Notes: generated by a model not told the origin, from the sequence alone. Shown: positions 41,342 to 52,116, counted from the stretch's first letter. The stretch is 64,000 nucleotides of DNA from Candidatus Omnitrophota bacterium (GCA_020632555.1 JACKFI010000009.1:1966-65965); one strand, 5' to 3'. Translations and numbers: made by a program.

Positions 41342-41578
41342 CTATTTCTCAGTTTGAACGTTTCCCTTATTCATAATAGGACACATCGCCACTTTACTCT
41401 TCATCGTGTAATGAGCATCATTCATGGCCGGGCACATAGCCATCAAACCTTGCAAAGAATATAAAATACCCGACAATATAATGATGATAACAATCAAAAA
41501 GAAATTCAATAACAACCGGCTTGATTTCGCCTTGCAATCACACCCACATCCACAACTTTCAGATTTTTGTTCAGTCAT
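41342..41578 (-). CDS. Small Cys/Met-rich single-pass membrane protein (putative metal-binding)
   Basis: 78 aa with N-terminal CGCGCDC, a TM helix and two C-terminal AMCPxMN repeats. Confidence 0.5.
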   Translation of the reverse strand: MTEQKSESCGCGCDCKAKSSRLLLNFFLIVIIIILSGILYSLQGLMAMCPAMNDAHYTMKSKVAMCPIMNKGNVQTEK

Positions 41579-41738
41579 ATCTCGCTCCTTGGTTAAAATT
41601 ATTTTTTATTATACCGCGATTAAGAAAATTTATTGCGGTTTTATTAAAAAATATTTCCTATTCTAAAATGCTGAGTCAAACAAAACTTACTGAGATCCAT
41701 CATTGTGTACACACAAATAATGTAGTATATTTATTACC

Positions 41739-42179
41739 ATGGAAGTTGTACCCCTCACAAAATCAAAGTTGGTTTTTTCTACAACAGGTTTTACTTTAAT
41801 GGAGCTTATCATTGTTGTTATCACTCTAGGTGTCATCACCAGCCTCGCCCTGTCCAACTACAATAACATTATGGAACAAAGTTACTGCCGCAATGCACAA
41901 ATGAACCTTATCGCTATTTCCCACGCAACCGCTATTCGGGCAACCAAAGATCCACAAACAGATATCACGACATTTAATACTGCAGCTACAAATACCAATT
42001 TAAAACTCGCTATTAATGATCCGCGATTTATTTATACTTTTGAAGGACTTCCAATAGATTATGTTGCGAGAGCCACTCGAACAGGCGGCCCAAACTATGC
42101 TTGTAGAATTAATAATGTTCCATCAACTTCGTTATCTTGCTTTGGGTCTTCTTTTTGTCCAACAGTTCTTAATCCTTAA
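41739..42179 (+). CDS. Orphan type IV pilin-like protein
   Basis: 146 aa with the prepilin signature STTG|FTLMELIIVVITLGV and two C-terminal Cys pairs. Confidence 0.65.
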   Translation: MEVVPLTKSKLVFSTTGFTLMELIIVVITLGVITSLALSNYNNIMEQSYCRNAQMNLIAISHATAIRATKDPQTDITTFNTAATNTNLKLAINDPRFIYTFEGLPIDYVARATRTGGPNYACRINNVPSTSLSCFGSSFCPTVLNP

Positions 42180-42233
42180 CATTTCTGCAATACAAGAAAA
42201 TTGCCATCAAACCCAACCCAATGAAACAAAATA

Positions 42234-42908
42234 TTATTTTAAATCTTCGCGGTGATGTTTGATCACCCGAGCTTGAATCATATAAATGACTTCTTCGGCG
42301 ATATAGGTCGCACGGTCACAAATACGTTCCAAATCACGCGCGACCAATAAGAGAGGAATGGCACGTGGAGCGGTTTTGCCGTCTTTGACAATAAAGCCAT
42401 CAACCAGCCTTTGAATAACCGCACTGCGCAATTGGTTGGATTCATTATCGGAGAGAATAACTTTTTCTGCTAAAGGTTCATCATTATTCACAAAAGCATC
42501 AATAGCATTCTTAACCATCCATTTGGCATTATCCGCCAAATGGGGCAAATCATTAATTGGCGCCAAAAGTTCCCCGCCCTTCTCAGCTAATTCAAGAACA
42601 CGCTGACAAATATTAACTGTTAAATCCGCAATCAGCTCGAGCTCCGCATTAATATGCATAGCCGTAACAATAAACCGCAAATCTTTGGCCATCGGTTGAA
42701 AAAGCGCCAGAAGCTCGATGGCGTGCTCTTCATTATAAATCTCCAAATCATCAATTTGCTCATCACGAACAATAACCGCCTCTGCCAAAGTACGATCAAT
42801 ACCTTTTAAAGCCTCAAAGGACTCATGAATCGCCTTCTCGGTCAACAAAGCCATTTTCAAAAGACTTTGCTTAAGCTTTTGTAACTCATCATCCAAGTGT
42901 CGATCCAT
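42234..42908 (-). CDS. phoU: Phosphate signalling complex protein PhoU
   Basis: 224 aa with duplicated PhoU repeats (E..D.....I). Follows pstB. Confidence 0.9.
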   Translation of the reverse strand: MDRHLDDELQKLKQSLLKMALLTEKAIHESFEALKGIDRTLAEAVIVRDEQIDDLEIYNEEHAIELLALFQPMAKDLRFIVTAMHINAELELIADLTVNICQRVLELAEKGGELLAPINDLPHLADNAKWMVKNAIDAFVNNDEPLAEKVILSDNESNQLRSAVIQRLVDGFIVKDGKTAPRAIPLLLVARDLERICDRATYIAEEVIYMIQARVIKHHREDLK

Positions 42909-42938
42909 GTTTTATTCTCTCCTATTTAACAAAAAGCT

Positions 42939-43700
42939 TTAACCAAAACGCCCGGTAATATATTCTTCCGTGATTTTCTTTGACGGACGCGTAAAAATTT
43001 CACTGGTTTTACCTCGTTCAATCAATTCACCCTGCATTAAAAAAACAGTGATATCTGAAATTCGCGCCGCCTGCTGCATGTTGTGTGTAACAATCACAAT
43101 TGTATACTTTTTCTTAAGTTCAACAATCAATTCTTCCAATTTCGCAGTTGCAATTGGATCCAAAGCAGACGCAGGTTCATCCATAAGCACCACTTCTGGC
43201 TCAATGGCCAACGCGCGGGCAACACATAATCGCTGTTGCTGTCCACCAGACAAACGCAAAGCATTATCTCGTAAGCGGTCTTTGACTTCATTCCATAAAC
43301 CGGCGTTGATCAAACCTTTTTCAATCTTATCCGCGATAAATTCCTTATTTTTGACACCATTAATTCGCAAACCATAAGCCACATTTTCAAAAATCGATTT
43401 GGGAAATGGATTAGGCCTTTGAAAAACCATGCCCACCTTGCGACGCAAATCCACCACATCAACATCTGCAGCATAAATATTCTTTTCATCAATATGAATC
43501 GTTCCCTCCACACGCGTGTTGGGAATCAAATCATTCATGCGATTAAAACAACGCAACAAAGTGGATTTGCCACAACCTGACGGGCCAATGATACTGGTAA
43601 CCTCACGAGCCGCAATATCCAAAGAAATATTCTTTAAACATTTGTTCTGCCCATAATAAAAACTAAAATCTTTAATCGAAACAATTTTGGAATTCATCAT
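42939..43700 (-). CDS. pstB: Phosphate ABC transporter ATP-binding protein
   Basis: 253 aa with Walker [10 protein letters not shown] and the signature LSGGQQQR. Confidence 0.93.
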   Translation of the reverse strand: MMNSKIVSIKDFSFYYGQNKCLKNISLDIAAREVTSIIGPSGCGKSTLLRCFNRMNDLIPNTRVEGTIHIDEKNIYAADVDVVDLRRKVGMVFQRPNPFPKSIFENVAYGLRINGVKNKEFIADKIEKGLINAGLWNEVKDRLRDNALRLSGGQQQRLCVARALAIEPEVVLMDEPASALDPIATAKLEELIVELKKKYTIVIVTHNMQQAARISDITVFLMQGELIERGKTSEIFTRPSKKITEEYITGRFG

Positions 43701-44572
43701 TACTCCTGACGAGCTTTTCGTAAATGATATCGTAAAATAATCGCGCTGAGATTCATCAAGAACACAATCGAAACAAGAACCAATGCCGTCCCATAGGCAA
43801 TCGGCCGAACTTTAACAATCGCATGGTGTTGCGTTGACATAATGTACAAATGATACGGCATCGCCATAAACTGGTCAAACAAAGATTTGGGGAGTCCCGG
43901 CAAAGAAAAAGCCGCTCCTGTAAAAAGAATTGGAGCCGTTTCCCCCGCAGCACGCGCTAATCCTAAAATCGTTCCAGTTAACATCCCGGGAATTGCATAC
44001 GGTAAAACATTGGTTCGAATAGTCTGCCATTGCGTCGCCCCCAAAGCTAATGACCCTTCCCGATACGACATCGGCACACCCTTTAAAGCTTCTTCAGATG
44101 CGGTAATAGTCCACGGCAAAGTCATCAATCCCAATGTTAATCCTGATGACAAAATACAAGTCCCCAAGTGCATCATTTCCACAAACAGCGCTACCCCAAA
44201 TAGCCCATAAACAATCGACGGAACACCAGATAAATTGCGAATTGAAATACGAATCAAACGCGTCAATTTATTAACTTTCGCATATTCGTTCAAATAAATC
44301 GCACAACCCATTCCCAAAGGGACAGAAAGAACCGCCGTAATAATTGTCACCAACACCGTTCCAACAATTGTGGGAAGAATTCCACCCTCCGTCATACCCT
44401 TACGAGGCAACTGCGTTAAAAACTCCCAACTAATAACACCCCATGATTTGGAAATAATATCATAAAAAATAATCACCAAAATCACAATAATAGCTAACAT
44501 GCACAGACGTAAAAAACCAAAGCCGAAAAATTGCTCAAAAAATTTCTTTTGTGATCGTTTAGATAAATTCAT
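43700..44572 (-). CDS. pstA: Phosphate ABC transporter permease PstA
   Basis: 290 aa, polytopic, with the EAA-type loop ([10 protein letters not shown]...[10 protein letters not shown]). Confidence 0.88.
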   Translation of the reverse strand: MNLSKRSQKKFFEQFFGFGFLRLCMLAIIVILVIIFYDIISKSWGVISWEFLTQLPRKGMTEGGILPTIVGTVLVTIITAVLSVPLGMGCAIYLNEYAKVNKLTRLIRISIRNLSGVPSIVYGLFGVALFVEMMHLGTCILSSGLTLGLMTLPWTITASEEALKGVPMSYREGSLALGATQWQTIRTNVLPYAIPGMLTGTILGLARAAGETAPILFTGAAFSLPGLPKSLFDQFMAMPYHLYIMSTQHHAIVKVRPIAYGTALVLVSIVFLMNLSAIILRYHLRKARQE

Positions 44573-44581
44573 AAAAAGACC

Positions 44582-45466
44582 TTAACGAAAGTTTCGTTCA
44601 TAACGATGCAAAACAATATCTGCAATCATATTAATAACAAATGTGATTAAAAAAAGCACCAAACCAATCGCAAAAAGGGCGTGATAATGTGTCGTATAAT
44701 AGGGAACTTCTCCTAACTCAATAGCAATGGTTGATGTCATCGGACGCACTGAATTTAAAAATCCCGAAGGAAAAGCCGGAGCATTTCCGGTGGCCATCAA
44801 AACGGTCATCGTCTCTCCAATAGCCCGCCCCATACCTAACATACACGCGGCAATTATGCCCGAACTGGCCGCCGCAAGCTTCACCCGAACAAGCGTTTGC
44901 CAATGACTGGCTCCCAAAGCGAGCGAAGCTTCTTGAAAAGATTTTGGCACATTAGCTAAAGCATCTTCAGATAAACTCACAATTGTCGGTAGGGCCATCA
45001 CCGCAAGTAATATAGAACCATTTAGAGCATTAAGCCCACTATACGTTCCTGTCAACTTTGCGATGAACGGCCCCACCATAACAATACCTAAAAACCCAAT
45101 AACAACCGATGGAATACCCGCTAAAATCTCAACCACCGGTTTTGCAATTTCCCGAACCTTAGGATGAGCAACATCTGAAAGATACGCAGCTGTTCCAATA
45201 CCAATCGGCACGGCAATCACCAATGAACCAATGGTCACCATAAACGTGCTGACAACCATCGAAACAATTCCATAAGCTGGATTGTAATCTGAGCTAGGAT
45301 TCCAATTGGTTCCGGTTAAGAATTCCTTCAATGAAACATCCTTAAACGTCGGTAAAGCATTAATGACCAGCAGAAGAAAAATCCCTGCTAAAATCATAAT
45401 GACTAAAATGCCGTTGAATAAAAATGCTCTCTGAACAAATTTTTCTTTGAAACGTGCTGCGTTCAT
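44582..45466 (-). CDS. pstC: Phosphate ABC transporter permease PstC
   Basis: 294 aa, polytopic permease located upstream of pstA. Confidence 0.88.
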   Translation of the reverse strand: MNAARFKEKFVQRAFLFNGILVIMILAGIFLLLVINALPTFKDVSLKEFLTGTNWNPSSDYNPAYGIVSMVVSTFMVTIGSLVIAVPIGIGTAAYLSDVAHPKVREIAKPVVEILAGIPSVVIGFLGIVMVGPFIAKLTGTYSGLNALNGSILLAVMALPTIVSLSEDALANVPKSFQEASLALGASHWQTLVRVKLAAASSGIIAACMLGMGRAIGETMTVLMATGNAPAFPSGFLNSVRPMTSTIAIELGEVPYYTTHYHALFAIGLVLFLITFVINMIADIVLHRYERNFR

Positions 45467-45472
45467 ATCACA

Positions 45473-46345
45473 TTATATCCCTGCATTTTTATTAAAATCC
45501 TGATACTCCTTGGAGATCTCAAAGAATCCTTCATCTTCTACAATCTTTTGTCCCTGAGCACTCAATTCGAAAGCCACAAAATCTTTAGCATCACCGACCA
45601 AAGATCCTTCAACGTATTGGTTTAATGGACGGGTAATTGGATAATTACCATTTTTAACATTAGCAACATCCAACGGACTATACGCCGTTGCGCCAACCTT
45701 TGCAGCAATTTCAAGAACTTTAATCCCTAAAGCGCTCTTTGCATAACCAACACCGACATATCCAACCGCCGAAGGATCAGATTTGATTCCCTCAACAATT
45801 TGAGCATTACCATTCATTTGTCGCATCGATGGTGAATAGTCTCCCTTCATAACATCTTCAATCATAAAATCATAGGTTCCAGAGTTAGATTGCCGTCCAT
45901 AAAGCGCAATTGGCATATCCTCTCCGCCAACTTCTTTCCAGTTCTTAATTTCCCCTTTATAAATCTTACCAACCTGATCAACAGTCAGCGCCTTTACAGG
46001 ATTCTTGGGATTAACAATAATACTTAAACTATCCAGCGCAACAACTATACGAACAGGATTACTCCCGCTTTGAACAGCCAAATCAATTTCTTTAGATTTC
46101 ATTAAACGCGACGCATTCGCAATATCACATTTTTTATTAATCAAAGCAGCGACTCCTGTTCCTGACCCGCCACCTGTAACAGCAATCATTTTATCTGGAT
46201 GAATAATCATGTATTCTTCAGCCAATCGCTGAACCAGATTAATCAACGTATCAGATCCTTTGATTTGTAAAACATCACCTGCATAACAAACATTGCTCAC
46301 AATAAATCCTAGCAACACGCCAAGCAGTATAATCATTTTTTTCAT
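45473..46345 (-). CDS. pstS: Phosphate-binding protein PstS
   Basis: 290 aa with a signal peptide and the GSDT / GGGSGTG motifs of the PBP-like phosphate binder. Confidence 0.88.
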   Translation of the reverse strand: MKKMIILLGVLLGFIVSNVCYAGDVLQIKGSDTLINLVQRLAEEYMIIHPDKMIAVTGGGSGTGVAALINKKCDIANASRLMKSKEIDLAVQSGSNPVRIVVALDSLSIIVNPKNPVKALTVDQVGKIYKGEIKNWKEVGGEDMPIALYGRQSNSGTYDFMIEDVMKGDYSPSMRQMNGNAQIVEGIKSDPSAVGYVGVGYAKSALGIKVLEIAAKVGATAYSPLDVANVKNGNYPITRPLNQYVEGSLVGDAKDFVAFELSAQGQKIVEDEGFFEISKEYQDFNKNAGI

Positions 46346-46362
46346 TTTCTTCTCCTGTTTTT

Positions 46363-47619
46363 TTAGAATTTAACAACCAAATCGCCCTGAACAATATGTT
46401 CTGTGTTGCTTGCCGCTTTAATCCGATTCGACATATAATAATCTACGCCAAAAGTCACATTCTTCATTAAACCAATATTAAAAATAACTTCATGACTTTT
46501 AACATCTGTACGCCCGCCATAACGATCAGAATCCGGGAAAGTGTCTGGAAAGGCATCCTTGCCTAAATAAACGTACTGATATTTCATTTGCCATTGTTTT
46601 GCCGCTTTAACTTTCTTATTACCGAACTTAAACCCAGTCGCCCAACCTTGATTTTGTTCACTGGGATCAGGATTAACGATATAGTTACCAAAAAGAGCAA
46701 TCCGCTCATCAATTCCATACGGCAAACCACCAAAAATATTGCTGGCGCCAAATTCGGCATCCAAAGCAAAAGAATCATAATCATATTTTAAGCCTGCATC
46801 AGCGACATCCCCAACCTGACTATTGGTATTAAGCTCATTATCTAAATCATAGCCCTTAACACCATTAAAAACATACCAAGTTCCCGCGAATTTCGCATCA
46901 AGTTTTTCACCTTCATAATCAGCGCCACCTTGAGCATAAAATAAATTCGGGTCTTGATTTTTACTAATACCATTTTCGTCAATAAGCCACCAGCCCGTAT
47001 TCAAAAAACCTTCCACATCATTAGCTATTGAATGGGTTAAGTGCGCCGAGAATCCATAAGGATTAATGTCTGTATCCCACAACATATCCGTAGCTTGCCA
47101 TAAATAATCTGGGAATTGAAATTTACCACCTGCCAACTGTGCCCAAGGAGCGGCCGTATACTCAATAGACGCATAATCAAGCCGCACATCCGGACGTTCA
47201 AATGTATTCTGCCACGTGTCATTGGTTGATCGAGGATCGGTTGTTCCTCCAGAAAGACCAGCCCCTACGGTAACATTCTTGATAGGATTAAAATCTAACC
47301 CCATACGAAAGCGCGTTCTCGCGCGGCTACGAGACCCAGCATCACCATCTTTTTTTTCATACTGATATCGAAGGCGAGCATCCCCTTTAAGTTTCATGCT
47401 TTGCACCCAATCCGGCAAAGAATAAGAATTCTTTTGCACAAGGTCTTTACTCACCTGTGTTTTGGTTTCTTGTTCAATGATCTTAGCTTCATTAGGTGTT
47501 AAAATCCCTTTGTCGACGAGTTTTTCCAATAAAGCGCTCACCTCTCCAGCATGACTAACATTTGTAAAACCAAACATCAGGCCTAATACTGCAAACAATC
47601 CAACAACAATCCTTTTCAT
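46363..47619 (-). CDS. Outer-membrane porin, likely Pho-regulated
   Basis: 418 aa with a signal peptide, alternating beta-strand pattern and a C-terminal ...DLVVKF. It is the first gene downstream of the Pho box and upstream of pstS. Confidence 0.65.
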   Translation of the reverse strand: MKRIVVGLFAVLGLMFGFTNVSHAGEVSALLEKLVDKGILTPNEAKIIEQETKTQVSKDLVQKNSYSLPDWVQSMKLKGDARLRYQYEKKDGDAGSRSRARTRFRMGLDFNPIKNVTVGAGLSGGTTDPRSTNDTWQNTFERPDVRLDYASIEYTAAPWAQLAGGKFQFPDYLWQATDMLWDTDINPYGFSAHLTHSIANDVEGFLNTGWWLIDENGISKNQDPNLFYAQGGADYEGEKLDAKFAGTWYVFNGVKGYDLDNELNTNSQVGDVADAGLKYDYDSFALDAEFGASNIFGGLPYGIDERIALFGNYIVNPDPSEQNQGWATGFKFGNKKVKAAKQWQMKYQYVYLGKDAFPDTFPDSDRYGGRTDVKSHEVIFNIGLMKNVTFGVDYYMSNRIKAASNTEHIVQGDLVVKF

Positions 47620-47708
47620 CCCGACTCCTTTTTTATTATTATAAAAATCTGATGGCTCCTGTCTTTCACCATCCTATAACGCATTTTAAATTGCAATTTT
47701 GAAGCTGG

Positions 47709-47737
47709 GATGACAGAAATGTGAACATTGTGTGAAC
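47709..47737 (-). promoter_or_regulatory. Pho box (PhoB-binding direct repeats)
   Basis: Minus strand reads GTTCACA-caat-GTTCACA-tttc-TGTCATC: three 7-bp repeats at an exact 11-bp period (47731-37, 47720-26, 47709-15). Confidence 0.75.
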
Positions 47738-47745
47738 TTGACTAA

Positions 47746-49143
47746 CTATGCTTTAGGAAGCGTAAACCGAAAGATTGAACCTTGACCTAACTGGCTATCA
47801 ACACTGATCTTACCACCGTGAGATTGGACAATATGTTTGACAATTGAAAGGCCCAAACCCGTACCGCCAATTTCACGAGAATGAGCTTTATCCACACGAT
47901 AAAAACGCTCAAAAATACGCGGCAAATCATCAGCAGGAATCCCCAGACCATTATCACTAACTACAACTTCAATAAATGCGTCCTGATTAGTAGCTGAAAT
48001 AATAACTTGCCCACCTCTTTGATTATACTTAATCGCATTCTCGACAAGATTAAAAAGAAGTTGCACAACAGCAAACTCATCAACCTTGACCAGCGCTATC
48101 TCTTGCGAAATCTCCAAAACCATTTTAACATCGTATTGTTTAGCTTGAATACTTAAACCATTCAAAACCCCTTCAAGAATCTTGACAATGCTGCACGGTT
48201 GAAAATCTAACCTCGGCCGTCCCGACTCATGCCGAGCTAACTCCAATAAATCATCAACCAATTGCGCCAAACGGCCAGATTCCGAATAAATAATCTTTAA
48301 GAAATCAACAGCATGTTCTTGATCATTTAACGCGCCCTCTAACAATGTTTCCGCATAACCCTTTATATTGGCAACCGGAGTACGAAACTCATGTGAAACA
48401 TTGGTCACAAAATCTTTACGAATCGTTTCTAACCGCCGAAAGTCTGTAATATCATGAAACACCAATACTGCTCCATCAATTTGTCCATCCAATAAAACCG
48501 GAGACGCATGAATACGCAATATCTTTTCTTCCGGCAAGAAAAACGACATTTCCAAGTCTTGCACACCTTTAGATAATACCAAGACACGATCGACAATTTC
48601 CTGAACTTCAATATTGCGAATAACTTCCAATGGTTTACGTCCTTGCACTTGACGCTCAACATGCAAAATCTTTTTTAAAGTTTCATTAATCAATATAATC
48701 TTGCCATCCTGATTGACCACCATAACGCCTTCAATCATGCTTAAAAAAACCGCTTCCAAACGACTTTTTCCCGCGCTGGCTTGTTTGATACGAGCACTGA
48801 TTTCTTGCGACATAAAATCGACAGCTTTTGCTAAGTCATCAATTTCGCCGCCTTGCGCCAAAAAGGCTTTCTTGGAAAAATCTCCACGAGCAATCGCTTG
48901 CGCAATATTAGAAATACGTTCAATCGGCTTGGTAATCATTAAGGAAACAAGAAAATTTAAAACACAAATCAAAATCACGCAGGCAAAAATAGCAAACCAA
49001 AAAAACTTTTCAAGATGAACAGCATTAGCAGGAACCTGCGAAAATTGGAGAGTTTTATCAAGGTAAAAATATAAACCAAATAAAACAACGGCAACCAAAA
49101 AACCGAAAGTCAGTGTGACTTTATGGTGGCTTTTAAATTTCAT
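47746..49143 (-). CDS. phoR: Phosphate regulon sensor histidine kinase PhoR
   Basis: 465 aa with 2 TM helices, HAMP, PAS, the H-box SHEFRTP and the N/G boxes of HATPase_c. Confidence 0.85.
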   Translation of the reverse strand: MKFKSHHKVTLTFGFLVAVVLFGLYFYLDKTLQFSQVPANAVHLEKFFWFAIFACVILICVLNFLVSLMITKPIERISNIAQAIARGDFSKKAFLAQGGEIDDLAKAVDFMSQEISARIKQASAGKSRLEAVFLSMIEGVMVVNQDGKIILINETLKKILHVERQVQGRKPLEVIRNIEVQEIVDRVLVLSKGVQDLEMSFFLPEEKILRIHASPVLLDGQIDGAVLVFHDITDFRRLETIRKDFVTNVSHEFRTPVANIKGYAETLLEGALNDQEHAVDFLKIIYSESGRLAQLVDDLLELARHESGRPRLDFQPCSIVKILEGVLNGLSIQAKQYDVKMVLEISQEIALVKVDEFAVVQLLFNLVENAIKYNQRGGQVIISATNQDAFIEVVVSDNGLGIPADDLPRIFERFYRVDKAHSREIGGTGLGLSIVKHIVQSHGGKISVDSQLGQGSIFRFTLPKA

Positions 49144-49847
49144 TAATCCTCATCTTCATCAAAGCGATACCCTAAACCGCGAATTGTCGACAACGAATCA
49201 CCCGCCTTACCCAATTTCTGACGCAAACGTTTGATATGCGTGTCAACCGTACGTGTTGTTATATCCGCTTCAATATTCCAAACATCATTCAAAAGCTGCT
49301 CTCGGGACTGCACGCGGCCATGACGTTCCAACAAAATCACCAAAAGCTTAAATTCCATTGGCGTCAAAACAATTTCTTTACCTTTAACACTCACGCGATG
49401 ACGAGGAACATCTATCTCTATATCACCTGAACGCAAATTTTCCATGGGTTTTTGTTTCATTTGTCCGCGACGCAAAATTGTTTTAGCCCGCAAAACAAGT
49501 TCGCGAGGACTAAATGGCTTAACCACATAATCATCAGCACCAAGTTCAAAACCCACAACACGATCAACTTCTTCACCGCGCGCCGTGAGCATCATGACTG
49601 GAATCGCAGACAAACGGCTATCATCTTTCAATCGCCGACATGTTTCAAAACCATCCATTTTAGGAAGCATAATATCAAGAATAATCAAATCCACTGTTTC
49701 ACGCGCCAAAAACTCAAGCGCGGCTTCACCCGTAATGGTGACAGCTGTGCGATAACCCGCTTTTTCAAAATTGTATTTAACCAATTTTGCAATATTCGGA
49801 TCATCTTCAATAATGAGGATGCTCTTCTGCAGCATGAAATTCTCCAC
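49143..49847 (-). CDS. phoB: Phosphate regulon response regulator PhoB (OmpR family)
   Basis: 234 aa with a REC domain (ILDIMLPKMDG) and a winged-helix domain (TVDTHIKRLRQKL, RGLGYRF). Confidence 0.85.
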   Translation of the reverse strand: MENFMLQKSILIIEDDPNIAKLVKYNFEKAGYRTAVTITGEAALEFLARETVDLIILDIMLPKMDGFETCRRLKDDSRLSAIPVMMLTARGEEVDRVVGFELGADDYVVKPFSPRELVLRAKTILRRGQMKQKPMENLRSGDIEIDVPRHRVSVKGKEIVLTPMEFKLLVILLERHGRVQSREQLLNDVWNIEADITTRTVDTHIKRLRQKLGKAGDSLSTIRGLGYRFDEDED

Positions 49848-49879
49848 AAATTCTAATATTCGTTTTCATCACCATCATT

Positions 49880-50662
49880 TTACTGAAAAATCTCGTTAAA
49901 GAAATCTTTCATCGCGACCCACGAACGTTGATCCGCGCGTTCATTATAGGCCGCGCCTTTGGTATTATCATGGCCCGCCCCAGGATTAGTAAACGCGTGC
50001 ACAGCACCACTATACTTGATCAACTGCCAATCCATGCCGGCATCAGTCATTTCTTTTTCAAAAGCTTGCACTTCACTAATTGGGACGTATGGGTCATCTG
50101 CTCCGTGCAAAATCAAAATCTTTGCCTTAATATTTTTCGCATCCTTAGGACTAGACGTACTCAAACCACCATGAAAGCTAACCACACCTTTAATCGACGC
50201 ACCACTGCGAGCTAACTCTAAGGCCGTCGTTCCACCAAAACAAAAACCAATCACTGCTATTCTACCCTCATCGACACTGATTTCATTTTTCAAAGTTTCA
50301 TACCCAGCGAGTATCCTTCGGCGCAATAAGTCACGATCTCCTTTATAAATCCCTGACTGCTGTGCCGCTTCATCTGTATTTTTGGGACGAATATCTTTCC
50401 CATAAATATCTACAGCCAACGCCGTATAGCCCAATCGCGCCAAGGCCTCAGCTTTAGCATTAGAAAAAGCCCCGAACCCCATCCAATCATGCACAACAAG
50501 AATTCCTGGACGCTTACCCTCAATCGCATCGTCATAAACAACATAACCTTGAAGAATAGTTTCCCCATCCTTATATTCCAACATTTTTGTTTGCAATGCA
50601 GCTTGTGCTTGCAGCGGCACACAAAATAAAATTAGAAATAAAACATATTTTCGCATAATCAC
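49880..50662 (-). CDS. Secreted dienelactone hydrolase family protein
   Basis: 260 aa with a signal peptide and the alpha/beta hydrolase motifs GFCFGG and LHGADDP. Confidence 0.75.
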   Translation of the reverse strand: MIMRKYVLFLILFCVPLQAQAALQTKMLEYKDGETILQGYVVYDDAIEGKRPGILVVHDWMGFGAFSNAKAEALARLGYTALAVDIYGKDIRPKNTDEAAQQSGIYKGDRDLLRRRILAGYETLKNEISVDEGRIAVIGFCFGGTTALELARSGASIKGVVSFHGGLSTSSPKDAKNIKAKILILHGADDPYVPISEVQAFEKEMTDAGMDWQLIKYSGAVHAFTNPGAGHDNTKGAAYNERADQRSWVAMKDFFNEIFQ

Positions 50663-50729
50663 CCCCCTTTACATAAGAAAACCAGTAAACCATTGATTGC
50701 GCCAATAAAGGCGTTCCACAATCATTGAC

Positions 50730-51653
50730 TTAAACTTGATTTGCAAACTTCCCTTGCTCAAGGCGCAATTCGATATAATTGAAAATTTCTGCGGAGATAT
50801 CAACAGAAGAACATTGTTCCATACCACGAAAACCCGGCGATGAATTGGCTTCACAAATCTTAAAACCTTGATCCGCAAACAAAAGATCCACCCCTGCAAT
50901 TTCTAACCCTAAAACCTTAGCCGTTCTAACAGCCAACTGCTCAATCAAAGGTGTCATCGGATAAGCTAATACTGTCCCACCTTGAGAATAATTTGCTTTA
51001 AATGAACCCATTGCAGCTTTACGCACCATACAACCAACAACACGGCCGCCAATAACAAAAACACGCAAATCTTGCCCCATACTCTGAGCAATAAACTGCT
51101 GAATAATAAAATTGGGATTTCCCTGGCTGGTGGTAATCATGGCAATCAAATCTTCGAATTTATGACGTGTTTCACATAAAAAAACACCACGCCCCTGCGA
51201 TCCAGCCAAAGTTTTCACAATTACAGGAAAACCCAATTCTCGTTCAACCAAATCAATATTAACCGGATATTTCGCTAACATCGACTTAGCAATTGGCAGA
51301 CCGTGGTGTGCCAAAACCTGCAAAGTATGCAGTTTGTCACGAACCAAAGCCACACTCTGAGAAGAATTTGGAACATAAACGCCGGCATTTTCCATTTGCC
51401 GCATAACAGCTAAAGCAAAATACGACGTTGCCGAACCCATGCGATTGAGTAAGAAATTTGGCTGAGCAACCGCCTGTCCAGCCAACAAAAAACGATGACG
51501 TCCTTGACCCTCGGCAATAATATCTAATTCATGCGCAGCAACAACACGAATCCCAATATTTCTTTGTTGGGCTTGCGCCAACAACCGATGCACTCCATAG
51601 CAATCAGAACGCAATGCATGCTGCGGGAATCTATTGAGAATCCACCCTTGCAT
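50730..51653 (-). CDS. RimK-family ATP-grasp ligase
   Basis: 307 aa with ATP-grasp motifs (PVIVKTLAGSQGRGV, LRVFVIGGRVVG, GLEIAGVDLL...ICEANSSPG). Confidence 0.75.
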   Translation of the reverse strand: MQGWILNRFPQHALRSDCYGVHRLLAQAQQRNIGIRVVAAHELDIIAEGQGRHRFLLAGQAVAQPNFLLNRMGSATSYFALAVMRQMENAGVYVPNSSQSVALVRDKLHTLQVLAHHGLPIAKSMLAKYPVNIDLVERELGFPVIVKTLAGSQGRGVFLCETRHKFEDLIAMITTSQGNPNFIIQQFIAQSMGQDLRVFVIGGRVVGCMVRKAAMGSFKANYSQGGTVLAYPMTPLIEQLAVRTAKVLGLEIAGVDLLFADQGFKICEANSSPGFRGMEQCSSVDISAEIFNYIELRLEQGKFANQV

Positions 51654-51723
51654 AAGATCTTCTTAATGGCAAAACTAATAACCAAATATAAGTTTGCTTA
51701 AACACAAACTTATCCGGCAAAAC

Positions 51724-52116
51724 TTATAAATCTTCTGGCGTTTCATCTTCACCAGCAGAAATTTCCCGACGAATAATTTTAGCAGTTTTCTTGCCATCCT
51801 GTTCAGAATAATAGATTTCTACCACATCCTCTGGGGCTAAATCACTTATCGCTTTAAAACCATCTAACTTGACGGCAGGATCAATCTGATATGCAACTTC
51901 CTTCTCAACATCTGAATCATAATCATATTCCTGCAAAACAATTTCAGCAGCACCAACTTTTAGAACCGCCCCATAAGAATAAATATATTGGCTCAAATCT
52001 GTTTCCGAAACGGACATCGCAGCAGACGATTTTTCAACATCCTGAGCACTGACCACAACAGGCGCAGCTAAACCAACAATCATTAACAACCCCATTGCCG
52101 CCTTAACGATTTTCAT
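51724..52116 (-). CDS. Hypothetical secreted acidic protein
   Basis: 130 aa with a signal peptide (AAPVVVSAQD) and no recognisable motif. Confidence 0.45.
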   Translation of the reverse strand: MKIVKAAMGLLMIVGLAAPVVVSAQDVEKSSAAMSVSETDLSQYIYSYGAVLKVGAAEIVLQEYDYDSDVEKEVAYQIDPAVKLDGFKAISDLAPEDVVEIYYSEQDGKKTAKIIRREISAGEDETPEDL

